From: Sedimentisphaerales bacterium
Lineage (GTDB): Bacteria; Planctomycetota; Phycisphaerae; Sedimentisphaerales; SM23-30
DNA: 64,000 nucleotides
NCBI GenBank assembly: GCA_963663965.2
Contig: CAXXFK010000001.1
Coordinates: forward strand, 320,001-384,000
Reading direction: 5' to 3'
The position numbers and the translations under genes were made by a program. The notes beneath the pieces are model-generated. The model made no database searches, had not been told where the DNA came from, and saw only the letters and a program-made list of their open reading frames with translations. The first letter of the stretch is position 1. Each line of letters starts with the position of its first letter. Positions 9,700 to 19,696 of this stretch are shown one piece after another.

Positions 9700-11694
9700 T
9701 TAATCACCACCAGAATAGCGATGGCCGAAACCCTCATCAGGCGTTCCGGTATGACAAACCAGACAGTTACTGATGGGGCCGGCCTGGCCCTGTAGATTGA
9801 TCGCCTGGATATTGTCCGCGTCGGTTAATGTCGGTGTAATCGCATGCGGACTGCCGTGACACGCGGCACAGTGAACGCCATGATGCCCTTTGGAATCTTT
9901 AAAAAGGGTATTGGCCTGTTCAAATTGGAAACTGGGACGGCTGATTTTATGACAGGATTCACAACGCGGTTCATCGATCCAGGGCTGCCGGGTTGAGGCG
10001 CCCACTGCATCCATCGAACCGTGGCAATTCAGACAGGTCATATCAGCCGCCGCATGGACATCGCGTAAACACTGGGTCTGTATCCCCGGATGACAGGCAT
10101 AACAGGTAATATTATTCAACTGGCCCAGAACTGGCGTCATGCGTGAGGCATGAGCGCTGTGCATAGCCCGCGAAAGCGATGGCAAAGCCGGACTTCCCGA
10201 CAATCCCAATGGCTTAAGGGGCTCCTGTTCATGACAACTGCCGCAAGTCACCGGTTTGCTGTTTTCCAGATTGGTCAGATGCAACCGGTCATGATCCTGT
10301 AAAATATCCGTTGCGGTTGAAATGCCTGGCTCATTATGGCATAAATCACAACTGATTTCCCATGACACTGGCACAACCGCTTGCGTGGCGGCTTTGACGA
10401 CTCCGTTTTGATAAACTTCAATCGTCGCCAGCGGAAAAGGATCCAATTGGTCATTATCGAGGATCGGAGTCACCGGTATGCCAATCGCCACCCAGTCATT
10501 TGTTCCGGTTGGCGTTAACGGACCGGCCAGCCCGGTTCCGGTCAGACCCACATCCGCAGGCAAATCCATTCCCAGCAATTCGGGGGCGTAATCCCAGAAA
10601 TTGGTTTTGGTTACCGAGGTGGTATTTCCCGGGATACTGAACCAGGGAGTCACACCGCTGGTAATGATTCTCGGCTCTTCACCACGCCGTTCGATGATCT
10701 GAGCGTGCAAATTATTAAAAGGCGGCAGGATCATCATTTCCGAAAAATCCTCATTCATGCAGTGCATCCCCAGATCGTTATAACCCAGAACTACCAGCTT
10801 GTCGGAATAAACTTCAGGTCTGGACGGATTTTTCGGATCCGTCACGGCGACCGACTGATCAAACGAATCAAATTTCAAATTGAAAGTAACCGGATTGTAT
10901 TGATTGCCAATGTCGGCGTTTTTAATGTAAATATAGTAGGCCGCTTTATCGAAATCGAACTGGATCTTACTAAGTTCGGTTTGAGACGAAGCATATGACC
11001 AGCGATGATATTTTCCTTTACCAACATCAGATAACAGGCCGGCGGAAAGGGTGGTCGTATAACTGCCCCAGGCGATATCAACTGCAGCGGCTGATAAATC
11101 CATGGCAGAGTTCTCCAACGTAATTCGACCCTTTAAGAGGACAGAATCCCGGGGAGAATCGCCGGCGCCGCTCAATTTAAAGCCGATGCTGTCTACCGTA
11201 AGGCTGTCTTCCCAGTTCCGTTTAAAATACAACAGATCGGACCCTTTCACACTGGCTTCAGCAGAGGCCTGGAAATCCGCAGCTTGCAATTCTACCGTAA
11301 CCGGACTGGCGAGCCCGCTCAGATCGATATGAGAAGCCTTGACATAAAAGTAACCTTTCGATGGTTTAAATAAAACGGAAGTTATACCACTGGCTTTGGC
11401 AGAATATCGATAGTATTTCCCTTTGGGCGTCAAGGTGATCGATTCTTCGTAAGGACCGGCCTTGATCAACAGTGGACCCGAAGCAAGCTGGGCTTCGCTG
11501 ATATCGGTCGTACCCACAATCTTGAAGGAGTCACTGCCGGCAAGCCGTCCCGCAGAAATCGCCATGACAATGTCGGATAACGAATCAGCCCGGACGATCG
11601 AATAACTGAATAAGAAAGCAATCAAAAGAATTATTCGGAAAAGCCCTGCGATAAAAAGATCTCGTCTCGGAGGCAATGGCATGTCATTCTTCAT
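9700..11694 (-). CDS. Secreted multiheme (7x CxxCH) cytochrome c with N-terminal beta-rich region
   Basis: Signal peptide. CDLCH, CGSCH, CYACH, CLNCH, CESCH, CAACH and CLVCH in the C-terminal third, preceded by NDLGMHCM. Confidence 0.88.
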   Translation of the reverse strand: MKNDMPLPPRRDLFIAGLFRIILLIAFLFSYSIVRADSLSDIVMAISAGRLAGSDSFKIVGTTDISEAQLASGPLLIKAGPYEESITLTPKGKYYRYSAKASGITSVLFKPSKGYFYVKASHIDLSGLASPVTVELQAADFQASAEASVKGSDLLYFKRNWEDSLTVDSIGFKLSGAGDSPRDSVLLKGRITLENSAMDLSAAAVDIAWGSYTTTLSAGLLSDVGKGKYHRWSYASSQTELSKIQFDFDKAAYYIYIKNADIGNQYNPVTFNLKFDSFDQSVAVTDPKNPSRPEVYSDKLVVLGYNDLGMHCMNEDFSEMMILPPFNNLHAQIIERRGEEPRIITSGVTPWFSIPGNTTSVTKTNFWDYAPELLGMDLPADVGLTGTGLAGPLTPTGTNDWVAIGIPVTPILDNDQLDPFPLATIEVYQNGVVKAATQAVVPVSWEISCDLCHNEPGISTATDILQDHDRLHLTNLENSKPVTCGSCHEQEPLKPLGLSGSPALPSLSRAMHSAHASRMTPVLGQLNNITCYACHPGIQTQCLRDVHAAADMTCLNCHGSMDAVGASTRQPWIDEPRCESCHKISRPSFQFEQANTLFKDSKGHHGVHCAACHGSPHAITPTLTDADNIQAINLQGQAGPISNCLVCHTGTPDEGFGHRYSGGD

Positions 11695-12030
11695 AAAATC
11701 TCCTACTGACTACTGTCAAATGGATTAGAGTCATTTAACCCGTTCGAAATAGTAGCCGCGAAATCAAAAACATTGACAAAACATTAAAAAACAGAATGGA
11801 TATCTTAACGTCATAAAATGACCCCACTTCGGATATTAATGGTATCAATAGTGTATCAAAAACTCCAATTCCTCATCCGGAATTACTTGTTTCCCAAATT
11901 TGATATTTACAATTACAATAATCTATTCCCCCCTGATAATGCAAAACAAATTTACAATATCGTTAAATTGACAATAACTATTTATCGACAAGTAAACAAT
12001 ATTTAATATATAGCGATTAAAGGCGTATCT

Positions 12031-13503
12031 TTATAATTTTTTATTCTGCCTGACCTGCTTTTTTGGGGGGAGATCTGATGAGGATGAATTGGATTCATAT
12101 GCCGGATTTGGTTGCGATGGCAGCGATGCTTGAATCTGACTCTGCCAGTGGAGCAGGTCGACGAGTAGTTCATCACGTTTGGCTTTATTTAATTGCGCCA
12201 GGTCATTACGTTCACCGATATCCTCTTTTAAGTTATACAATTCTACCGCGTTATTGGTATCCAGATGATCGCGTCCGCCATCCAGTTGCCACTCTTCATG
12301 ATAAAGCAGCAGCTTCCAGTCGCCCTTGCGAATCACACTGACCGGCCGGGTCCGGAAAATCGGATCACGGCCGCGCGGTACCGGATTATTCAGGTAACCG
12401 GGAAAATGCCAGAAAATCGCCTGGCGCTGCAACACACCATCGCCGTGCAATAATGGCATCAGGCTTTCGCCATCCAGTATTTTACCCACCGGCGCTTTCG
12501 TATTAGTAGCATCCAGAAAAGTCGGAAACAGGTCCAGATTGATGACCGGCACACTACATGTTGAACCGGCCGCGACAATACCCGGCCAGCGGACGATAAA
12601 TGGTTCACGGATACCCCCCTCATAATAACAGCCCTTAGCGCCTCGCAATGGTTCCTGAGACGATTGGGGTGTGCCGCCATTATCAGAAGTGAAAACAACC
12701 AGGGTATTCTCTTCAAGTTTTAAATCACGCAGTTTTTTTAATACAATACCCACACCATCATCGAGATCATAGGTACAACCCGCGTAAAGCGCGTTATTAT
12801 GTTGCTCGCCGGGTTGTTTATTCTTAAACTTATCCAGGGTTGCCTGACGCGTCTGCAATCCCGAATGGATCGCATGATGAGCGATATAAGCGAAAAATGG
12901 TTTCGTTCGGTTTTGTTCCATAAAGTCACAGGCGGCCCGGCACAAGGTATAAATCCCCTTGGGATCTTCTTTCACTCCGCTTCCTGGATAATTTTGATCC
13001 AGTACCGTTTCAAATCCCTGATCACCGGGCTCGGTGCCCGGCACTTTGGCGCTATTCAAATGCCACTTGCCGAAGCAGCCCGTGGCATAGCCGGCCTCTT
13101 TGAGCGCTTCAGCCATGGTGACCATTTCCGGGGCAAGATAAACCGTATTCGGTATCGGCAGCAAACGCATCAGATTTTTCGGACCACGTTCTGTACTGGT
13201 GACGGCATAGACCCCATGTCGGGGAGTATATTGGCCCGAAAGCAGGCAGGCACGGCTGGGAGCACAATTCCCCGCAGCCGCGTAGGCATCGGTAAACACC
13301 ATGCCTTCACGGGCCAGTCGGTCGATATTCGGAGTTTCGTAAAAATCTGTACCCTGATATCCGACGTCTTTCCACCCCAGATCATCGGCAAAGATAAAAA
13401 CAATATTTGGCTGCGTGCGCTCAGCGGTCAGTAGTGCTTGAAACATCAGGAAGGTTAAGATAAAAAAACCTGATATCACATGAGAGTTTTTCTTGTGAAA
13501 CAT
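12031..13503 (-). CDS. Sulfatase (Cys-type, arylsulfatase A-like)
   Basis: NIVFIFADDLG, CAPSRA, GKWHL, SDNGG and YEGGIREP motifs. Start chosen at MFHKK. Confidence 0.9.
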   Translation of the reverse strand: MFHKKNSHVISGFFILTFLMFQALLTAERTQPNIVFIFADDLGWKDVGYQGTDFYETPNIDRLAREGMVFTDAYAAAGNCAPSRACLLSGQYTPRHGVYAVTSTERGPKNLMRLLPIPNTVYLAPEMVTMAEALKEAGYATGCFGKWHLNSAKVPGTEPGDQGFETVLDQNYPGSGVKEDPKGIYTLCRAACDFMEQNRTKPFFAYIAHHAIHSGLQTRQATLDKFKNKQPGEQHNNALYAGCTYDLDDGVGIVLKKLRDLKLEENTLVVFTSDNGGTPQSSQEPLRGAKGCYYEGGIREPFIVRWPGIVAAGSTCSVPVINLDLFPTFLDATNTKAPVGKILDGESLMPLLHGDGVLQRQAIFWHFPGYLNNPVPRGRDPIFRTRPVSVIRKGDWKLLLYHEEWQLDGGRDHLDTNNAVELYNLKEDIGERNDLAQLNKAKRDELLVDLLHWQSQIQASLPSQPNPAYESNSSSSDLPPKKQVRQNKKL

Positions 13504-13554
13504 ACAATCATAATCCTTATAAAAAGAGATAGCCGCGCAATTCAATCGCAAAGT

Positions 13555-15021
13555 TTATTCATCCACGCCTTTCCAGTTATTGCTTTTTGCATTTTGCCGT
13601 TCCAGCGCTTTCATTTCTGTGGCGATTCCCTCATCTCCCTGCTGTTTCATCCAGCGGTTCAGTTCTTTCCGGAGACCCGCTTTAATATCGACCAGTTTCG
13701 GATCATCCGCCAGGTTATGCAACTCATACGGATCCGTCCTCAGATCATACAACTCTTCTTCCGGTCGATTCTGATAAAAAGCCGCTCTCTCACTGGCATC
13801 AGGATTGGTCTCGCCCAATTTCTTCCAGGCCTTGAAAATAACGTTATTGGTGGCCGCGTTATTAAATGTTGCCTGATAATTCGGATTCCAGATATATTTA
13901 TAGCGCCGGTCTCTGACCGAGCGAATCGGATAGCAGCCGGTTCCATTGATAATACCTCGGGTCGTGTGCTGGCCATAAACGAAATCCCGCCCTTTAAAGT
14001 CTTTGCCATCCAGCAGGGCCAGGAAACTCTGACCGTCAAAACCACGTTTCCCCTCCGCGTCCGGACATCCCGTATCGATCTTACCGGGATCACCGCCGGC
14101 CGCCTCAACCAGTGTTGGCACGACATCCACGTATTGGACCATGGCGTCATGGCGACTGCCGGACTTGATCCGGCCGGGCCAGCGCAATATAAAGGCGGTT
14201 TTCAAACCGGCATCATAACAGGTCCATTTGCCATATGGAAAACTGTTGCCCTGTTCGCTGGTGAACATCAATAACGTATGGTCTTCCTGACCGGACGATT
14301 TAAGAATGTCCATACAGCGCCCCACCTGGTCATCCAGATAGGTGATTTCCGCATAGTATTTAACCAGGTTCTTCCGGGTTTCCGGACAGTCCACCAGATT
14401 GGGCGGAACCCGAACGTCCTTGGGCTTATATAAACTGGTATTACCACGATTATACGGCGTATGAGGCTGATTGGAACACACAACCAGCAGCCAGGGTTGC
14501 TGTTGATTGCGAGTAATGAATTCTTCGATTTTATTGAAATCGAATTCATCGCCATTCCCACCGTCATGCTGCATACCACCCAGATATTCAAAGGGAAAAG
14601 ATTCGGGTGGATTATAATGCTGTTTGTTAATTAATGCCGTACGGTATCCCAGGGCTTGTAAATGATGAGCCACACTTCGAGTGCCGTCATAAACGCGGCT
14701 ATGATTAGGATAAGCGCCATTGCGGATGGGAAACAGTCCGGTATAAAGTTGCTGGCGTGTAGGAGCGCACATTGCTGTTCCGGTAAACATGCGATCAAGA
14801 CATAATCCCTGGTCGGCCAGCTTCTGCAGATTGGGCGTCTTCACATCGTTACTGCCATAGGGCTGACAATCCCACCAGGTCATGTCATCACCGATAATCA
14901 GCATAAAATTGGGGCGTTGATCGGCCACGGCGTAACCCTGGCGGCTCGCCCAAACCAGGCCGATGCCCGCCAGACCGGCTTGACGCAAAAAATCACGACG
15001 ATTAGACAGCTGATTTACCAT
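13555..15021 (-). CDS. Sulfatase (N-sulfoglucosamine sulfohydrolase-like), Tat signal
   Basis: NRRDFLR, IIGDD, CAPTR and EELYDLRTDPYELHNLA motifs. Confidence 0.88.
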   Translation of the reverse strand: MVNQLSNRRDFLRQAGLAGIGLVWASRQGYAVADQRPNFMLIIGDDMTWWDCQPYGSNDVKTPNLQKLADQGLCLDRMFTGTAMCAPTRQQLYTGLFPIRNGAYPNHSRVYDGTRSVAHHLQALGYRTALINKQHYNPPESFPFEYLGGMQHDGGNGDEFDFNKIEEFITRNQQQPWLLVVCSNQPHTPYNRGNTSLYKPKDVRVPPNLVDCPETRKNLVKYYAEITYLDDQVGRCMDILKSSGQEDHTLLMFTSEQGNSFPYGKWTCYDAGLKTAFILRWPGRIKSGSRHDAMVQYVDVVPTLVEAAGGDPGKIDTGCPDAEGKRGFDGQSFLALLDGKDFKGRDFVYGQHTTRGIINGTGCYPIRSVRDRRYKYIWNPNYQATFNNAATNNVIFKAWKKLGETNPDASERAAFYQNRPEEELYDLRTDPYELHNLADDPKLVDIKAGLRKELNRWMKQQGDEGIATEMKALERQNAKSNNWKGVDE

Positions 15022-15109
15022 ACGGAATCCTTTACTTCATGAAGTTGCTAATAGTTATAGCTAAAGTGTTGCAAACAGGAACAAAAATGAAAGCAATAAT
15101 AACGTGATT

Positions 15110-16732
15110 TTACGATAATTTTTTCTCCCAGATCGATGGATAAACCCCGATTCGCCGGGCCTGACGCTCCCACAACTGTGCCATTTCGCGCGCTTTCTCC
15201 GGCATTGCACCGCTCAAATCATGCATCTCCGTCCGGTCCGAATCCATATTGTATAATTCCCAGGGCCCGCCTTTTTTCTGAACCAGTTTCCACTGCCCCT
15301 GACGAATGGCCTTGTTCCATTCATGCTCCCAGAATAAAACCTCATGGAGGGGTTCATTACCACCCTTTAATATTGGCAGAAAACTGCGACCTTCAACCGG
15401 AATGATCTGGTTACCATGATATTCACCAGGATATTCAGCCCCGGCCGCATCCAGACAGGTTGGCAGAATGTCAATGATATGAGCGATCTGGTGGTTCCAT
15501 GTCCCATTCAATCGGGTGGGAATCAGCGCCGGGCAATGCGCAATCAGGGGGGAAGAGATCCCGCCTTCGTGTACAAAATGCTTGTAGCGCCTGAAGGGCG
15601 TGTTCGAGGCGTTTGCCCAGGATGTCCCGTATCTCACAAACGAATCTGCGTCTCCCCAAACACTATTCTTTTTGCTGTTGACTGCCATTTTGCCACCCTC
15701 GGCGCAACCGCCGTTGTCCGAACAGAACAGGATCAGGGTATTATCTAAAATCTGCCGCAGTTTAAGTGCCTCAACCAACTTTCCAATACTGCGGTCCATA
15801 CACTCAACAGTAGCGGCATAAGCCGCCATGGCCCGGTCTTGTATCTTCTGTTCCCTTGGAGTTAGACTGTTCCAGTCGGGAACTGCTTCATCCCGTGGCG
15901 TCAACGGCCATTGAGGTTGTATCAATCCCATTTCCTGCTGCTTCTTCAGGCGGGAGCGTCGCAATTCATCCCAGCCCTTTCGATATTTACCCACATATTT
16001 CTGGATCACCTCTTCCGGAGCCTGAATGGGCCAGTGAGGTGCGTTATGAGCCAGATACAAAAAAAATGGCTTGTCTTGTTCCAGGGCCTCATCGATAAAT
16101 CCGATGCCATAGTCGGTCCAGGCATTGGTTGAATACCAGCCCTCGGGCGTTTTATCCGGTTCATTGGCCGGCATGACCACGGTATTTCCCAGGACCACAT
16201 CCTTGGTCGCATGGTAATAGAATCCACCGCCGGCCGGTACGCCATAAAACCGGTCGAATCCCCGTTGCAGGGGCCAGTAATCCTTTTGTTTGGCTCCAAC
16301 ATGCCATTTTCCTGACACCACAGTAAAATATCCAGCCGGTTTGATCGCCTCGCCAATCGTAACACAACGACGATTCAAATAGCCCCGATAGGAAGGATAG
16401 TCCTCCCCATGGTCTTCGTTCATATGTCCAATACCCGTCTGATGAGAATACAGACCGGTCAGGATACTCGCCCGGGTGGGACAACAGCGCGCCGTGTTAT
16501 AAAATTGGGTAAAACGCAATCCACCCGCCGCCAGTTTGTCCAGATTGGGCGTTTCGATTTCACCTCCGTAACAACCGATATCAGAAAAACCCATATCATC
16601 CACCATAATAACAATTATATTAGGCTTTCGATTTCCTCGTTGTTCTACTTCCGCATTAATGCCATAACTAGTTAGCAATACACCCAAACCGCCCGCCAGG
16701 CTTCTCTTTAAAAATTCTCGTCTGTTTTGCAT
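15110..16732 (-). CDS. Arylsulfatase (Cys-type), Tat signal
   Basis: NRREFLK, IMVDDMGFSD, RCCPTRAS, GKWHVG and HEGGISSP motifs. Confidence 0.92.
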   Translation of the reverse strand: MQNRREFLKRSLAGGLGVLLTSYGINAEVEQRGNRKPNIIVIMVDDMGFSDIGCYGGEIETPNLDKLAAGGLRFTQFYNTARCCPTRASILTGLYSHQTGIGHMNEDHGEDYPSYRGYLNRRCVTIGEAIKPAGYFTVVSGKWHVGAKQKDYWPLQRGFDRFYGVPAGGGFYYHATKDVVLGNTVVMPANEPDKTPEGWYSTNAWTDYGIGFIDEALEQDKPFFLYLAHNAPHWPIQAPEEVIQKYVGKYRKGWDELRRSRLKKQQEMGLIQPQWPLTPRDEAVPDWNSLTPREQKIQDRAMAAYAATVECMDRSIGKLVEALKLRQILDNTLILFCSDNGGCAEGGKMAVNSKKNSVWGDADSFVRYGTSWANASNTPFRRYKHFVHEGGISSPLIAHCPALIPTRLNGTWNHQIAHIIDILPTCLDAAGAEYPGEYHGNQIIPVEGRSFLPILKGGNEPLHEVLFWEHEWNKAIRQGQWKLVQKKGGPWELYNMDSDRTEMHDLSGAMPEKAREMAQLWERQARRIGVYPSIWEKKLS

Positions 16733-17025
16733 AAAATCCCTCAAAATAGAATAAAATGATCGCTTACAACAATTAAGGCCTATATAGAAACCCTATTCAA
16801 CCCTGTTTTTTAACAAAAAAAATCCCACATTCTTGCTTCTTTACCCGCTAATTTTTATATCCATTTGATTTTAATGGTTTTATAAGCAATTATGACGAAA
16901 AAAGTCAACCCGGTATTTACTGCGAACAACCGGTGTGCATCCGGAAATTCCCTCAATAATATCCATACCTTCCCGGAGCCTACCCCCCCTCATCAATTGC
17001 CGGTAAGTTTTGGATCGGAAAAAGC

Positions 17026-19398
17026 TTAGGGGATCAGATTCTTCGCATGAGGAGAATAGGGAAGCGTCGTCTGGAGCCAATCGACCGCCGTTTGAGACAA
17101 TTGCTGTATATTCCCCGGCGCTGGAACCGAGCCGGATGATTCATTCAGCCAGTTTACCGCCAGCAGTGCATAATCGAACAAATCCACGAAACAGTCAAAA
17201 TTATAATCGGCTGCCAGATAACCCCATGCGCCACACTCGTTCTCGGTTATTTCAACGGTCAATTCAACCGGGGATAACGTGCTGAAACGATAATCATCAC
17301 TGACAATCAGATGCAGAAGAACCGTTTCGTGAGGATCGGCTTCCAACACATCATCGTCTATCGCTGTAATAGTCACTGTTTGCGGCTGATTCCAGTTAGA
17401 AGCGTTGAATTCCAGTTGGTCCGGCTCAACCCGTAACTGAGAATTGTCTACCATGTAAATATCCACTGGATTGACCAGCGGACCAGTGCCGGGCGGCAAC
17501 ACCAACCGGATCTGGTAGGTATCAGAAGTTTCACCCTGTTCACTTACCCTGGTTGTTCCATCTGTCTGAACAATAATCAGCGATCCGGGTATATGATAAA
17601 GAAATTCTGAAGGATCTAAGGCCCGGTCGCTGATCCGGACATCGTCGATCCGTCCATTGACAAAATCGGTGATCCCATTATTGAACATACCCCGCCCAAT
17701 GGTCCAGGGCCGGCCGGTATTCTGCCGGATCAAAGCAGGCGTGCCCGTTAAGGGGATCGATGCCTCCAGTTGATATCCGTGCCCATCCAGTTGATCCACA
17801 AAGAGATCCAGCGCCTGAGCGGTACTCCGCGCCGCCAGGTGATACCAGTGGCCGGCCTGTACGGTCCAGGTTGTATTGGCCTGATAGATCCGGCTATCAA
17901 CCGCGGTGAACTGAATGCGAAAATGATGATCCGAGGTTTTTTGAAAGTACAATGGGGCCAGTTTACTGTCAAGCGGCGTCACGTTATAACCATCGCGCCC
18001 GACAAAAGTCTGCCAGCCGTTCAGGCCGAAAAAGTATACCGACGCCTCGACCGTCCAGGCATCGGGAGTAACCACACGCAAATCATGACCGGCCACATTA
18101 CCGCTGCCCGAATAAATGTCCCGGTTATCGCTGTCATAGACACTGCTTAATCCACTGCCGGTTGGCGTTTCACCCGTCGCCGAAAAGCTGGGGGCGGTAG
18201 CCGGAGCCCAGGCCAGCAGGTCATTACCATTACCGGAAATATCACGGGCGGCAATAATTGAAATATCGGTTCCTTCCAGCGTATCCGCCATAATCGAACC
18301 GGGCGAGCCTTCATCGAACGTCCACCAGGCCAGCGTGCCAACCCGGCTGGGTTGCGTAACCGGTTCACCTACCACCGGCCAGCCATCAACCGACCAAAAC
18401 AGCCGTTCAATACGCAAAGTAGATCGGCCGTTAAACCAGGCATCATAAGCATGATGTACAAGATAATCCTGACCCTGATGCTGCAAAATGGCGTTATGGC
18501 CCGGACCTTTCCAGCGTCTATCGGCATCGAGCACTAAAGTCCCCCCTCCCTGGAGCATCGCGGTACCATTACGATCTACATAAGGACCGGCCACTGATCC
18601 GCTGCGTCCGACCATGATTTTATAGGTACTGTCAACTCCCTGACAGCATTGATCGAACGAAACGAATAAATAATAATACCCCTGGCGATAGACGATGAAT
18701 GAGGCTTCAATCGCGGTTGAGGGACGGCTCGCCAGAGAAATCAGATCAGGCGGATCGGCCAATGGTTTTCCCGTTGAGGCATCTAATTCAGTCAGTTTGA
18801 TCCCACTCCAAAAGGAACCAAAGGCCATCCACCATTGCCCATCCTGATCCTGAAAGGTATTGCTATCGATGGTGTTATAATTATTACTCGTGCCTGATCC
18901 AATAACCCGGCCTTCATCAACCCATTGATAATTGCTATCATACGGGTTCAGGGTTACGTTTGAAACCAGACCGATACAGGAGGTATTCTGTCCGAAAATT
19001 GACGCGGAATAATAAAGATAATACCGCCCATTACGATAACTGACATCCGGCGCCCAGAGATGATTGACACCGGGAATCTCCTGGGTGACCCAACTGGGCA
19101 ATTGCCAGAACACCCGTCCGATAAACTGCCAGTCATACAGGTCTCTGGAGCGTCGCATTTCAATCCCGGCGCCTGTTGAAAACAGGTAAAACCAGCCATC
19201 CTGTTCCATAATCACCGGGTCATGGACAGACACAGCCTGAGGATCGATGGTTTCTGCAAAACAGCTTGTATTCGTAAATAACCGTAACTCTCCTGCTGCC
19301 AGGCATATGATGATTATCTGGAGAAATTGCCTTCTAATCTGTGACAGCAGTTTAATAAGGGAGTAAATTTTAATAATATTTGACATAAGCAATCGCAA
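17026..19398 (-). CDS. GH43 endo-arabinanase-like enzyme + LamG-like domain + Calx-beta-like domain + dockerin-like C-terminus
   Basis: VHDPVI, WAPDV, FGSFWSGIK, IEAS and GPGHN (GH43); WTVEA..WYHLA..GRIDDVRIS (LamG-like); ADYNFDCFVDLFDYALLAVNWL at the C-terminus. Start uncertain. Confidence 0.85.
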   Translation of the reverse strand: MRLLMSNIIKIYSLIKLLSQIRRQFLQIIIICLAAGELRLFTNTSCFAETIDPQAVSVHDPVIMEQDGWFYLFSTGAGIEMRRSRDLYDWQFIGRVFWQLPSWVTQEIPGVNHLWAPDVSYRNGRYYLYYSASIFGQNTSCIGLVSNVTLNPYDSNYQWVDEGRVIGSGTSNNYNTIDSNTFQDQDGQWWMAFGSFWSGIKLTELDASTGKPLADPPDLISLASRPSTAIEASFIVYRQGYYYLFVSFDQCCQGVDSTYKIMVGRSGSVAGPYVDRNGTAMLQGGGTLVLDADRRWKGPGHNAILQHQGQDYLVHHAYDAWFNGRSTLRIERLFWSVDGWPVVGEPVTQPSRVGTLAWWTFDEGSPGSIMADTLEGTDISIIAARDISGNGNDLLAWAPATAPSFSATGETPTGSGLSSVYDSDNRDIYSGSGNVAGHDLRVVTPDAWTVEASVYFFGLNGWQTFVGRDGYNVTPLDSKLAPLYFQKTSDHHFRIQFTAVDSRIYQANTTWTVQAGHWYHLAARSTAQALDLFVDQLDGHGYQLEASIPLTGTPALIRQNTGRPWTIGRGMFNNGITDFVNGRIDDVRISDRALDPSEFLYHIPGSLIIVQTDGTTRVSEQGETSDTYQIRLVLPPGTGPLVNPVDIYMVDNSQLRVEPDQLEFNASNWNQPQTVTITAIDDDVLEADPHETVLLHLIVSDDYRFSTLSPVELTVEITENECGAWGYLAADYNFDCFVDLFDYALLAVNWLNESSGSVPAPGNIQQLSQTAVDWLQTTLPYSPHAKNLIP

Positions 19399-19696
19399 AT
19401 CTCTTTTCTGTTATTATTTAACTTTGGAAGCAACAGGGCATGCCCCTATAACCTAACCAGTTTAATTTTCAATAATTAGTGAAAAAACAATCCTCCTGCC
19501 CTTTAACTATCGGTTCAATAATTATACGAATATATGATTATCATATCTGAAATTCAAATGGCTGTCAAAATGGGGAAATTAAAAGTTATTATTGGACAAA
19601 AACTTTGGAATCCTGATTCTACTATGATACAATGTTTATGGCTTGTTAAATTATTGTTTAAATCAGTGTTGATGGCCTGTTGTTTTTTTAATTTAA

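Noticed and set aside
9663..9737. Overlap of the cytochrome 3' end with the sulfatase ORF
   Set aside because: The true sulfatase start is most likely 9662 (RBS plus Tat motif), which removes the overlap.
12799..14274. Long + strand ORFs of 211 and 264 aa (and similar antisense ORFs across the window, e.g. 51834-52700)
   Set aside because: They are antisense shadows of well-supported genes and have no recognisable motifs.
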